DNA from: Armatimonadota bacterium
Lineage (GTDB): Bacteria > Vulcanimicrobiota > JACPDS01 > JBDRKI01
Length of the DNA stretch: 64,000 nt
Assembly: GCA_043814095.1 (NCBI GenBank)
Contig: JBDRKI010000055.1
Location: 1-64,000, forward strand
Direction: 5' to 3'
The notes under the pieces were generated by a model. It saw nothing but the letters and a program-made list of their open reading frames with translations. It was not told the DNA's origin and ran no database searches. Both the position numbers and the translations under genes were made by a program. Below are positions 48,382 through 56,397 of the stretch, in pieces. The stretch's first letter is position 1. Each line of letters starts with the position of its first letter.

Positions 48382-49078
48382 ACACAGAACCGCTATGTAC
48401 AGACTGCTTACAAATATTTTGCGCGACAGTTACCTGCCTGCAGTTTTAGGATTTAAAGGCGGTACGGCATGCTATTTCTTTTATGGTCTGCCCCGCTTTT
48501 CCGTTGACCTTGATTTTGATATTATTACGAAAAAAGAAGATGTTAATTTAATCTCCCAGGAGATTTACACAAGAATAAACTCTATTATTTCCAATGAAGG
48601 ATTTGAAATAAAAGATGCAAGTTTAAAATTAAATACTATTTTTTTTCTCGTTTCTTATGAAAAAGAATATCAAAACATTAAAATCGAAATTTCCCAAAGA
48701 AATTTCCTCAACAAGTATGAAATTAAAGACTTCTTCGGTCTTTCTGTTAAGACGATGATAAAAGCAGATTTATTCGCACATAAACTGGTAGCAGCAACTG
48801 ATCGGAAAAATATGGCTTCTCGTGATTTTTATGATATATATTTTTTCTTCAAACAAAGCTGGCCCATAAATGAAGACATCATAAAATTACGCACCGGTAA
48901 ATCTTTAAAAAACTATTTGTCAGAACTTGAAAAGTTTATTAAAGAAAATCTGCTCAACAAAAATATTTTACAGGGTATGGGCGAATTATTAAACGAAACA
49001 GAAAAAATTTGGGTAAAAAACAACCTCAAGGCGGAACTTCTGCGTATAATTACTTTTTACAGAGATTCAAATTTTTAA
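48365..49078 (+). CDS. AbiEii-like nucleotidyltransferase toxin
   Basis: FKGGT...RFSVDLDF, KLVA, RDFYD. Confidence 0.85.
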   Translation: MLDQNKHRTAMYRLLTNILRDSYLPAVLGFKGGTACYFFYGLPRFSVDLDFDIITKKEDVNLISQEIYTRINSIISNEGFEIKDASLKLNTIFFLVSYEKEYQNIKIEISQRNFLNKYEIKDFFGLSVKTMIKADLFAHKLVAATDRKNMASRDFYDIYFFFKQSWPINEDIIKLRTGKSLKNYLSELEKFIKENLLNKNILQGMGELLNETEKIWVKNNLKAELLRIITFYRDSNF

Positions 49079-49842
49079 TTCACAATCTCTGCCAACTCCA
49101 TAAGCTCGTCTTTAAGATGCGGGGTGTATTTTGTTCTTTTAATCAGCTCTTTGCTTACCAGCTTATTTATATCCTTATTTAATTTAATGCCCGATATTTT
49201 AGAATAAATATCAATAAATTTATCCGTTCTTTTTTTGTATTTTTTCATCTCTTCTTTATATGTCTTTTTCCCATGTTTAACGGCCTGGGTTAAATATGCG
49301 GCAAATAAGTCCGCAATATCATACTCCGGAGCTCCCCACGCGCTTTCTTCAAAATCAACGCCGTAAATAGAACCGCCGTAAAGGATAAAGTTCTGCGGGC
49401 GCATATCCCCTTTTAACAAAACCTTATTATCTTTTTTGTCTTTTTTTCTAAATGTTTTATGGAAAAGAGCCAGCCATGAAGCTGTTAATCTGTCATAATT
49501 TTCGGCTTTACCATGGTAAATATCCGGCAGTTTATTGTAAAGGGTCCTTAGATTCTCTCCGGGGATATTTTCCAAAAATAATATGTTTTTCTCCGACCCT
49601 ATAATTTTAGGAACAGCAATGCCGTGCTTTTCTGACTTTTTCAAGATGCTTTCTTCAAGTTTTCTATCGCCCCATACAAAATACTTTATTACAAAAGAAA
49701 TCTTTTTTGTAAAAGATTTCTCTCCTTTTATAATCTCAACAAGGGCAACCTGGTTCTTTTTGCTCTCAAAAAACCTTACAGAAGAAAGATTATACTCTTT
49801 CCCGAATTTTCTCTTTAATTTTTCTTCCCATTTTGAATACAT
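49075..49842 (-). CDS. Phosphotransferase (APH/kinase-like)
   Basis: GDMRPQNF and VDFE motifs. Confidence 0.65.
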   Translation of the reverse strand: MYSKWEEKLKRKFGKEYNLSSVRFFESKKNQVALVEIIKGEKSFTKKISFVIKYFVWGDRKLEESILKKSEKHGIAVPKIIGSEKNILFLENIPGENLRTLYNKLPDIYHGKAENYDRLTASWLALFHKTFRKKDKKDNKVLLKGDMRPQNFILYGGSIYGVDFEESAWGAPEYDIADLFAAYLTQAVKHGKKTYKEEMKKYKKRTDKFIDIYSKISGIKLNKDINKLVSKELIKRTKYTPHLKDELMELAEIVN

Positions 49843-49880
49843 AGCAAAACCTTTCTTATTTTAATTAGCTGGTTGGTTAA

Positions 49881-50609
49881 TTAATAAGAGTGCAGGCCCT
49901 TCATTAAATATGTTATCCCGACATAACAGAAGATTAAAGAAATAAAGCCTAAAATATAAAAAATATGGCGCTGTTTCCCCTCTGAGTGCACCCCGCACAT
50001 ATATATAATAAAGGTAAGAAGTGCCCCGGTTTCTTTAGGGTCAGCTCCCCAGTACAACCCCCAGGCATTCTGCGCCCATATAGAACCGCTTACAAGCAGT
50101 GTAAAATAAAAGAAAATACCGGCCTTATAGATCATATCGTACTGTTTTATTTCTATCTTAAATATAAGGTAAAGCAGGGTCAAGAGAAAACCTACAAAAA
50201 GAAAGCCGTATGAGATCATTGAAAGAAGCACATGGATATAAAACAAGTTGGTATTTAAAATATCCGGGAACATTTTTCCCGATTTTGTCAAAAACAAAGC
50301 CAGAACATTAATTAAAGCCATAAAAAATGTGCCGGATAAGACAAAAACAGGATTACTGTCGGATTTAAAAAGATAATACAAAATAACAGATACAAATAAT
50401 AAAAGAAATACCAGAGTCTCGCCGGGAGTTGAAAAAGGCATATACCCCAGATTTATATACATTACCGTTATTAAGAAAATAATGCCTAAAATATACAGTA
50501 AAAGGAAAAATTGTAAAAATTTAAATATTTTAACATCTTTTGTAAATAAATATGTTAAACCCAGTATGAAAATTACTATTATACTTATAAGCAGTACTGC
50601 CAGCAGCAT
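49881..50609 (-). CDS. ccsA: Cytochrome c biogenesis protein CcsA
   Basis: GSIWAQNAWGLYWGADPKE tryptophan-rich motif, C-terminal GLHSY. Confidence 0.85.
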   Translation of the reverse strand: MLLAVLLISIIVIFILGLTYLFTKDVKIFKFLQFFLLLYILGIIFLITVMYINLGYMPFSTPGETLVFLLLFVSVILYYLFKSDSNPVFVLSGTFFMALINVLALFLTKSGKMFPDILNTNLFYIHVLLSMISYGFLFVGFLLTLLYLIFKIEIKQYDMIYKAGIFFYFTLLVSGSIWAQNAWGLYWGADPKETGALLTFIIYMCGVHSEGKQRHIFYILGFISLIFCYVGITYLMKGLHSY

Positions 50610-51256
50610 TATTCTTTCCTTTGTTTTGCGGTTAAATTAATCAATAATCCCGTGCCTATTATAAAATAAGATAAAAGTATGAAAGGATATTCGGGTATAT
50701 ACCTTACAAGCAGATTGATATAACATCTCTTCTTGCTTGCTTCCCATCCCGCCAGGTAAAAATTATACCCGTAATACTTAAGCGGGGAATTAAACATAAT
50801 ATTACCCTTTTTTACCGGGACTGAGTTCTCAAAAATAATTACCGAACAGCTGTATCCCGGTTCATGAATCCTGCTTTTCATCTTGCCGATATCGCAACCA
50901 ACAAACTCAATACTAAAAGGTATCCCGCTTAATTTAACTTTCTCTCTCAGATTTACTTCTACATCCGCGGCATATTTATAAGGAGATAAGGCGCCGTAAA
51001 GACATGAAAAAATTAAAACCAGAATTCCCGTATGAATTAAAATAAAAGAGAGTTTCTTGAGATTGACCTTCCCTGTTCTTATTATTTTAAACATGGAAAC
51101 AATTATCCCGGCTATTATTAAAAAATAGATAATTATTGCAGGGATTGAACTAAAAAAACGTCCTGCATCTCCATTTTGAGCCATAAATAAAGATAAAAAC
51201 AATAATAGCGCAAATAAAACTAATATTAAAACAGAATAATTCTTGAATTTCTTCAT
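50609..51256 (-). CDS. Short ResB/CcsB-like cytochrome c biogenesis protein
   Basis: LIHTGIL, NSPLKYYGYNFY; coupled to ccsA. Confidence 0.7.
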   Translation of the reverse strand: MKKFKNYSVLILVLFALLLFLSLFMAQNGDAGRFFSSIPAIIIYFLIIAGIIVSMFKIIRTGKVNLKKLSFILIHTGILVLIFSCLYGALSPYKYAADVEVNLREKVKLSGIPFSIEFVGCDIGKMKSRIHEPGYSCSVIIFENSVPVKKGNIMFNSPLKYYGYNFYLAGWEASKKRCYINLLVRYIPEYPFILLSYFIIGTGLLINLTAKQRKE

Positions 51257-51486
51257 ACAAAATATCATTATATAAACTATTATTATTACCTTCTTTGGAA
51301 AATCACCAAAAATAATGCATTTTAAAACGAAAAACCTACCGCAAACAAATGTTCGATTAAAAACCGAGGGCATTTCACCCCGAAAGAATATTTTTTGAAA
51401 ATTTCTTTTCCTTATTTTTAAGGATTTTTTAATATTTCGGATGTTTGGGGGCTTTATTTTTTATAAGTATTGGTTATAATATAAGA

Positions 51487-51582
51487 GTCCACTCACTTCA
51501 CTCTATATTTGGCTGGTGCAGTAAAATGTACCGGCCAAAAAATTAGAGAAGCCAGCTTTTTTTAAAGTTGGCTTTTTTCTTT
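51487..51582 (+). ncRNA. Candidate small RNA
   Basis: TATAAT at 51475-51480, long hairpin tttggctggtgca/tgtaccggccaaa, terminator agccagcttt/aaagttggct followed by a T-tract; no ORF. Confidence 0.35.
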
Positions 51583-51769
51583 TTTAAATACTTAACTTTT
51601 TAAATCCCTAGCTTTTAAATTTATTAATTTCTAATTTAAATCAAGTATAATTTAAAAATTTTATTCTATCTGATAAACAGGAATATTAATTTCTATGGTT
51701 AATTAATATTTATATAAGATACGGCTGTTACAAATAACACCGGCTAAAATTTATTAAGGAGGCAGAAAT

Positions 51770-52213
51770 ATGAAAAAAACCATTATAATTATGACCGCGA
51801 TTATTTTATCGGTTTGTATGATGTATGCCGCGTACTCCGATGAACTTTTAACCAAAACAATAAACTGCGGCGATGATTTCTACACATTCACATTTGATAA
51901 CGACTTAAAAACACTGCAGTATTCGCTAAACGGTTTTTACGCATATAAAACCAACACGCTTATAGGAACCAATGTAAGCAAATACTGGGCGGCGGCAGGT
52001 CCCGAAGGCGCCGTTCTTGTTTATAAAGTAGAACCCAACAGCTTCCCTTATGTCCTTATCGATCACAAAACAGGGAATATCGTAAAAACCGGCTACCTGT
52101 ACGTTGATAAATACGATGTTAAAGACGTAAAAGTGATACCTACCCAGACAGGGGCAAAAATTACCGTATATTATGTAACAGGCGGGGATAAATCATTTGA
52201 ACTGAATTTTTAA
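51770..52213 (+). CDS. Hypothetical secreted protein
   Basis: RBS AAGGAGG, signal peptide, beta-rich; terminator near 52272-52303. Confidence 0.7.
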   Translation: MKKTIIIMTAIILSVCMMYAAYSDELLTKTINCGDDFYTFTFDNDLKTLQYSLNGFYAYKTNTLIGTNVSKYWAAAGPEGAVLVYKVEPNSFPYVLIDHKTGNIVKTGYLYVDKYDVKDVKVIPTQTGAKITVYYVTGGDKSFELNF

Positions 52214-52360
52214 GAAAATAAGCAGGGATAAATTAAGATAACCCTATCGGTTAAATTATAATTATATGCATAAAAACCCGTCCGGCATAAAAGGCGGGTT
52301 TTTCATTAATCCCCCGCTAAATCCCATGCCTTCTGAAATAAACAAATACGCCTATAATAA

Positions 52361-52400
52361 CCTGAGCAAGTTATATAATTTATGATTATACCATTTATAA
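52361..52400 (+). repeat. 40-bp perfect direct repeat, left copy
   Basis: cctgagcaagttatataatttatgattataccatttataa, identical at 53438-53477. Confidence 0.9.
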
Positions 52401-52427
52401 AGGGATTGTCATTTGCAGGATTTAATA

Positions 52428-52473
52428 TTTACAATTACCAACTTATATGGTAATATTACCATATAAGTTGGTA
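52428..52473 (+). promoter_or_regulatory. Promoter overlapped by a 38-bp perfect palindrome
   Basis: TTTACA-17-TAATAT; taccaacttatatggtaat|attaccatataagttggta (52436-52473). Confidence 0.8.
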
Positions 52474-52479
52474 GGAGGT

Positions 52480-52812
52480 ATGATGCTGGAATATATATTA
52501 GGAAATGCAACCAAGGAAAAAATCCTGTTTTTTCTTTATACCTATAAAGAAGGATATGCTAAAGGAATAGCTGATTTATTTGAGATACCGGTTAACGCTG
52601 TTCAACAGCAGTTAAAAAGGTTAGAAGAAGGCGCAGTAGTAGTAAGCCAGCTTAAGGGAAAAACAAGAGTTTATCAGTTTAATCCGAGGTTTCCTTTTTT
52701 AAAGGAATTAGAAGCTTTATTAGAAAAAGCTATGATTTTTCTTCCTTCTAAAGAAATTGATCGTTATTATAGAAAAAGAACAAGACCCCGCAGGGCAGGT
52801 AAGCCGTTATGA
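52480..52812 (+). CDS. ArsR-like winged-helix regulator / putative antitoxin
   Basis: HTH GYAKGIA...VQQQLKRLE; RBS GGAGG; overlaps next gene. Confidence 0.75.
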   Translation: MMLEYILGNATKEKILFFLYTYKEGYAKGIADLFEIPVNAVQQQLKRLEEGAVVVSQLKGKTRVYQFNPRFPFLKELEALLEKAMIFLPSKEIDRYYRKRTRPRRAGKPL

Positions 52813-53357
52813 AAATTGACTGGAAGAACATTGATATAAAAGAGCTTGCCGGTTTGGTTTGTCAGTATTTGAAGGATAACGGCATTGAAGCGGTATTAGT
52901 CGGAGGGGCATGTGTTTCTATTTATTCACGCAATAAGTATCTTTCCGGCGATCTGGATTTTATAACATATTCAACTATCAAGGAAATAGAGCCGGTTTTG
53001 CGCAGGATAGGATTTATTAAAGAAAGCGGCCGCCATTTTGAACATCCTCAATGTAGGTTTTTTGTAGAATTTCCGCCTCCTCCTATAGCCATAGGAAGCA
53101 CTCCTATTGAGGAATTTAAAAAAGTCAAAACTAAATATGGAGTTTTAAAACTTCTTATGGTTGAGGACTGTATAAAAGACCGCCTTGCGGCATTTTATTT
53201 TTGGAATGATCTTCAATCTTTAGAGCAGGCGGTTTTAATAACAAAGGTATGCAAAACAAAGTTAGATTTTGCTTCTATAAAAAAGTGGTCGAAACAAGAA
53301 GGCGTGCTGGAAAAATACCAGAAATTTTTGAAATTAGCAAAAAAGGATTCTAAGTAA
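52809..53357 (+). CDS. Nucleotidyltransferase-fold protein (putative toxin)
   Basis: LVGGAC...SGDLDF motif. Confidence 0.65.
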   Translation: MKIDWKNIDIKELAGLVCQYLKDNGIEAVLVGGACVSIYSRNKYLSGDLDFITYSTIKEIEPVLRRIGFIKESGRHFEHPQCRFFVEFPPPPIAIGSTPIEEFKKVKTKYGVLKLLMVEDCIKDRLAAFYFWNDLQSLEQAVLITKVCKTKLDFASIKKWSKQEGVLEKYQKFLKLAKKDSK

Positions 53358-53437
53358 GAAAATATTAAAGTTCTTATCCGCGGCTTTTATCGTGCCGAAA
53401 GTTTTTATAAGGTTTTTTACTTTAATCACTTATAATT

Positions 53438-53477
53438 CCTGAGCAAGTTATATAATTTATGATTATACCATTTATAA
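53438..53477 (+). repeat. 40-bp perfect direct repeat, right copy
   Basis: Identical to 52361-52400. Confidence 0.9.
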
Positions 53478-53533
53478 CAAACATCTTCAATTTTTATAAA
53501 GGGGTTTTACGAAATAAAAAGAACTTTTTATAT

Positions 53534-54016
53534 ATGCAAGATAAACTGCGGTCAAAAATAATTAAGTCAAATATGACTAAATTTTATTTTGCATCCGTAA
53601 TACCCATTATTTTATCGGTTTATTTAATAAGCAAAGGACTGCAAAACATTAAAATATTTAATGCCGCCAAAGACTTAACATCGGTAATAACCCTGGGCGG
53701 GCTGCCCGTCCTGGTAGGAACCGCAATCCTGGTAGTTATAATAAGTCTTTTTATGTCAAACAAAACAAAAACAGTAACGATAAGCCGGGATTTTTTAAAA
53801 ATTTCCCTAAGGGGAAAGTGCTGTAATATTGAATGGGGAGACTTAATCTTTTACTCAACTCCGCCGGGCAAAAAAAACTTTAAGCAGTTAACTTTGACTG
53901 ACGGTAAAAATTTGATACGCGTGGACGAGTTTTTTTATCCGGAATATAAATTTCTGCACCGGTTTTTGAGCAATTTAAAAGAACAAAAAAGAAGGGAGCC
54001 CATAGATATAGCATAA
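53534..54016 (+). CDS. Hypothetical two-TM membrane protein (paralog A)
   Basis: Shares TKFY, W..LIF..TPP.KK.FKQ.TL.DG, D.FF.P.Y with the next ORF. Confidence 0.7.
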   Translation: MQDKLRSKIIKSNMTKFYFASVIPIILSVYLISKGLQNIKIFNAAKDLTSVITLGGLPVLVGTAILVVIISLFMSNKTKTVTISRDFLKISLRGKCCNIEWGDLIFYSTPPGKKNFKQLTLTDGKNLIRVDEFFYPEYKFLHRFLSNLKEQKRREPIDIA

Positions 54017-54076
54017 AAACAGAAGGATTTTAAAATAAAACAACGAATTTTAAGATTATATAAAGGAGTTTATGTC

Positions 54077-54544
54077 ATGCAGGAAAAAATTATAAAGCCC
54101 GTTTTAACCAAATTTTACCTTTTTTCTTTAATCCCGTTATTTTTATCAATATTACTAATCATTAACGGCAATAAAAACTTGAAAGTATTTGCCTCCACAC
54201 AGGAAGTCTTCACTAAATTTCTTGTTGGTTATTTACCTATGTTATTCGGGATTATTATCATCCTTGTTTTGCTGGTTCTTTTTGCCAGCAATGTTTCTAA
54301 AAAAATTACGGTTACACCCGTATCAATAAAGTATTCCTGCGGAAAAAAAGAATTTACAACCCCCTGGAAAAATTTAATTTTCGCGACAACGCCTCCTGAG
54401 AAAAAACATTTCAAGCAGATAACTTTAAGTGACGGAGTAAATTTCGGCAAAATCGACGATTTTTTCTTTCCCCAGTATGATCTGATAATCCAGGTTATAT
54501 ACAAAGCAAAAGAAGCGGGTAAAGAAGAAACTTTTAATATTTAA
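54077..54544 (+). CDS. Hypothetical two-TM membrane protein (paralog B)
   Basis: Tandem paralog of the previous gene; RBS AAGGAG. Confidence 0.7.
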   Translation: MQEKIIKPVLTKFYLFSLIPLFLSILLIINGNKNLKVFASTQEVFTKFLVGYLPMLFGIIIILVLLVLFASNVSKKITVTPVSIKYSCGKKEFTTPWKNLIFATTPPEKKHFKQITLSDGVNFGKIDDFFFPQYDLIIQVIYKAKEAGKEETFNI

Positions 54545-54547
54545 AGA

Positions 54548-55303
54548 TTAACCGTGCAGGGCCGCAAGCTTATCCAGCTGTTCCTGGGTCAGAAGTTTTT
54601 CTCCTCCTAAAACCCTGGAAATCAGTATTACCTTTGCAAAAAGCTCCAGAGTTTCCATGCGGTGAATCGCCGATGCGAGATCGGGCCCTAATGTAAGGGC
54701 GCCGTGATTCGCAAGAAGAAAAGCATTCCTGCCATCAAGGTATCTTTCAAGATTCTCGGGTACTTCACGGGTGGAAGGAGTAGCGTATTCTACCAGGGGT
54801 ACTTCCCCTAGAATAAGTATGGCTTCCGGAAGCACTTTCTGATCAAGCGATATCCCGGCAGAAGCAAAACCTGTTGCAAACGAAGGATGGGCGTGAACAA
54901 TAGCATTCACATCGGGCCTTTTCCTGTAAACAATACTGTGCATTTTTAACTCGGAAGAAGGTTTTCCTTTCCCTGATATATAATTCCCGTCCATATCGGT
55001 CTTAATAATCAAATCAGGAGTAAGATCCGCTTTATTTGCTCCTGAAGGCGTGATTAACATAGCATTAACGCCTAATTTTACACTTATATTGCCTGAAGTG
55101 CCGGCTAAAAATCCCATATCATAAAGCTTCTTAGCCGACTTTACCATATCTTGCTTTATACTCTCTTCATTCTCCGTGCTTAAAGATTCTATAACAAGCG
55201 AAGCTATATCGGATATCTTATCCTTATCAAGGACAACGCCCTTGATAATAAGCTTATCTATTATATCCTGGCATATTTTTTTGATATATTCTTTTGTATA
55301 CAT
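54548..55303 (-). CDS. Class II aldolase/adducin family protein
   Basis: GNIS, ITPSG, PSSE..MH, HAH, NHG. Confidence 0.9.
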   Translation of the reverse strand: MYTKEYIKKICQDIIDKLIIKGVVLDKDKISDIASLVIESLSTENEESIKQDMVKSAKKLYDMGFLAGTSGNISVKLGVNAMLITPSGANKADLTPDLIIKTDMDGNYISGKGKPSSELKMHSIVYRKRPDVNAIVHAHPSFATGFASAGISLDQKVLPEAILILGEVPLVEYATPSTREVPENLERYLDGRNAFLLANHGALTLGPDLASAIHRMETLELFAKVILISRVLGGEKLLTQEQLDKLAALHG

Positions 55304-55315
55304 AATCTATCAACC

Positions 55316-56035
55316 CTATCGTATCAAAAATTGTGCTATTTTGTCAAAAAAATTAAAGAATACCAGCACACCCACAAGCATTAATAATATACCGCTCGCA
55401 AAAACTATTTTATTCATATATTTAAATATTTTTTTAGAATAACTTAAAAAGAAATTAAACGCAAGGGCCGAAAGAATAAAAGGAATACCCAAGCCGAGCG
55501 AATAAACAAAAAGAAGCAGCATCCCGAACCATACCGTGCCTTCTGTTGCAGCTATGGCAAGTATTGCCCCCAGAATAGGACCTATACAGGGCGTCCAGCC
55601 AAACGCAAATGTCATACCTATTATTACCGAACCAAAATAGCCCGCGGGTCTTTTTTTAAGATGTATTTTATGCTCTGACTGCATGAACTTAGGTTTAATC
55701 AAACCAACAAAATACAATCCGAAGAAAAATATCACTACCCCTGCTGCTTTTGTAATAATGTTTTTATAAGCAAAGATTAATTTTCCCAGGTAGCTGGCAG
55801 ATGCCCCGAGCAGGACAAATACTACGGAGAACCCTATAAAAAACATAATAGAATGATAAAAAGCCGCCATCCTGCTGCTTTTTATTTCATCTTTATCCAT
55901 ATTCTGCATCTGGTCAAATGAAAGCCCTGTAATATAACAAAGGTATGACGGCACAAGGGGCAGCACGCACGGGGAAACAAAAGAAAGTATCCCGAATAAA
56001 AACGCGGTTAATATATTGATATTTTCTGCGGGCAT
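55316..56035 (-). CDS. ccdA: Cytochrome c biogenesis protein CcdA
   Basis: SPCVLPLVP and WTPCIGPILG motifs. Confidence 0.9.
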   Translation of the reverse strand: MPAENINILTAFLFGILSFVSPCVLPLVPSYLCYITGLSFDQMQNMDKDEIKSSRMAAFYHSIMFFIGFSVVFVLLGASASYLGKLIFAYKNIITKAAGVVIFFFGLYFVGLIKPKFMQSEHKIHLKKRPAGYFGSVIIGMTFAFGWTPCIGPILGAILAIAATEGTVWFGMLLLFVYSLGLGIPFILSALAFNFFLSYSKKIFKYMNKIVFASGILLMLVGVLVFFNFFDKIAQFLIR

Positions 56036-56138
56036 AATTTTTAAAACCTCATATGCAAAATTGTCCGCTCATGCGGACAAAAATAAAATATTTTCTAAAA
56101 AAACAATTCATTTTAAATTTTTTACTCTAATTTAAATT

Positions 56139-56378
56139 TTATAACGGAGAATTTACCAGTTTTTCCAGGGTACGCGGCCTGAAACCGACAAGGGTCTCGC
56201 CCTTGTATTCTATAACGGGAACTCCTGTCTGATTTGTTATCTCAAATACTTTGTCTCTGGCAATCCTGTCAAGACTTATGTTGTATTCTTTATACGGAAT
56301 ATTTCTCGTGCTGAAAAAATCCTTTGCCATAACGCAGGCCGGGCAGTTATTAGACGTATAAATTACGGCTTCTCCCAT
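56139..56378 (-). CDS. Glutaredoxin/NrdH-like protein
   Basis: CPAC, GVPVI, GF; directly downstream of the RNR gene. Confidence 0.85.
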   Translation of the reverse strand: MGEAVIYTSNNCPACVMAKDFFSTRNIPYKEYNISLDRIARDKVFEITNQTGVPVIEYKGETLVGFRPRTLEKLVNSPL

Positions 56379-56397
56379 AAATACCCCCTCTTTTTTG

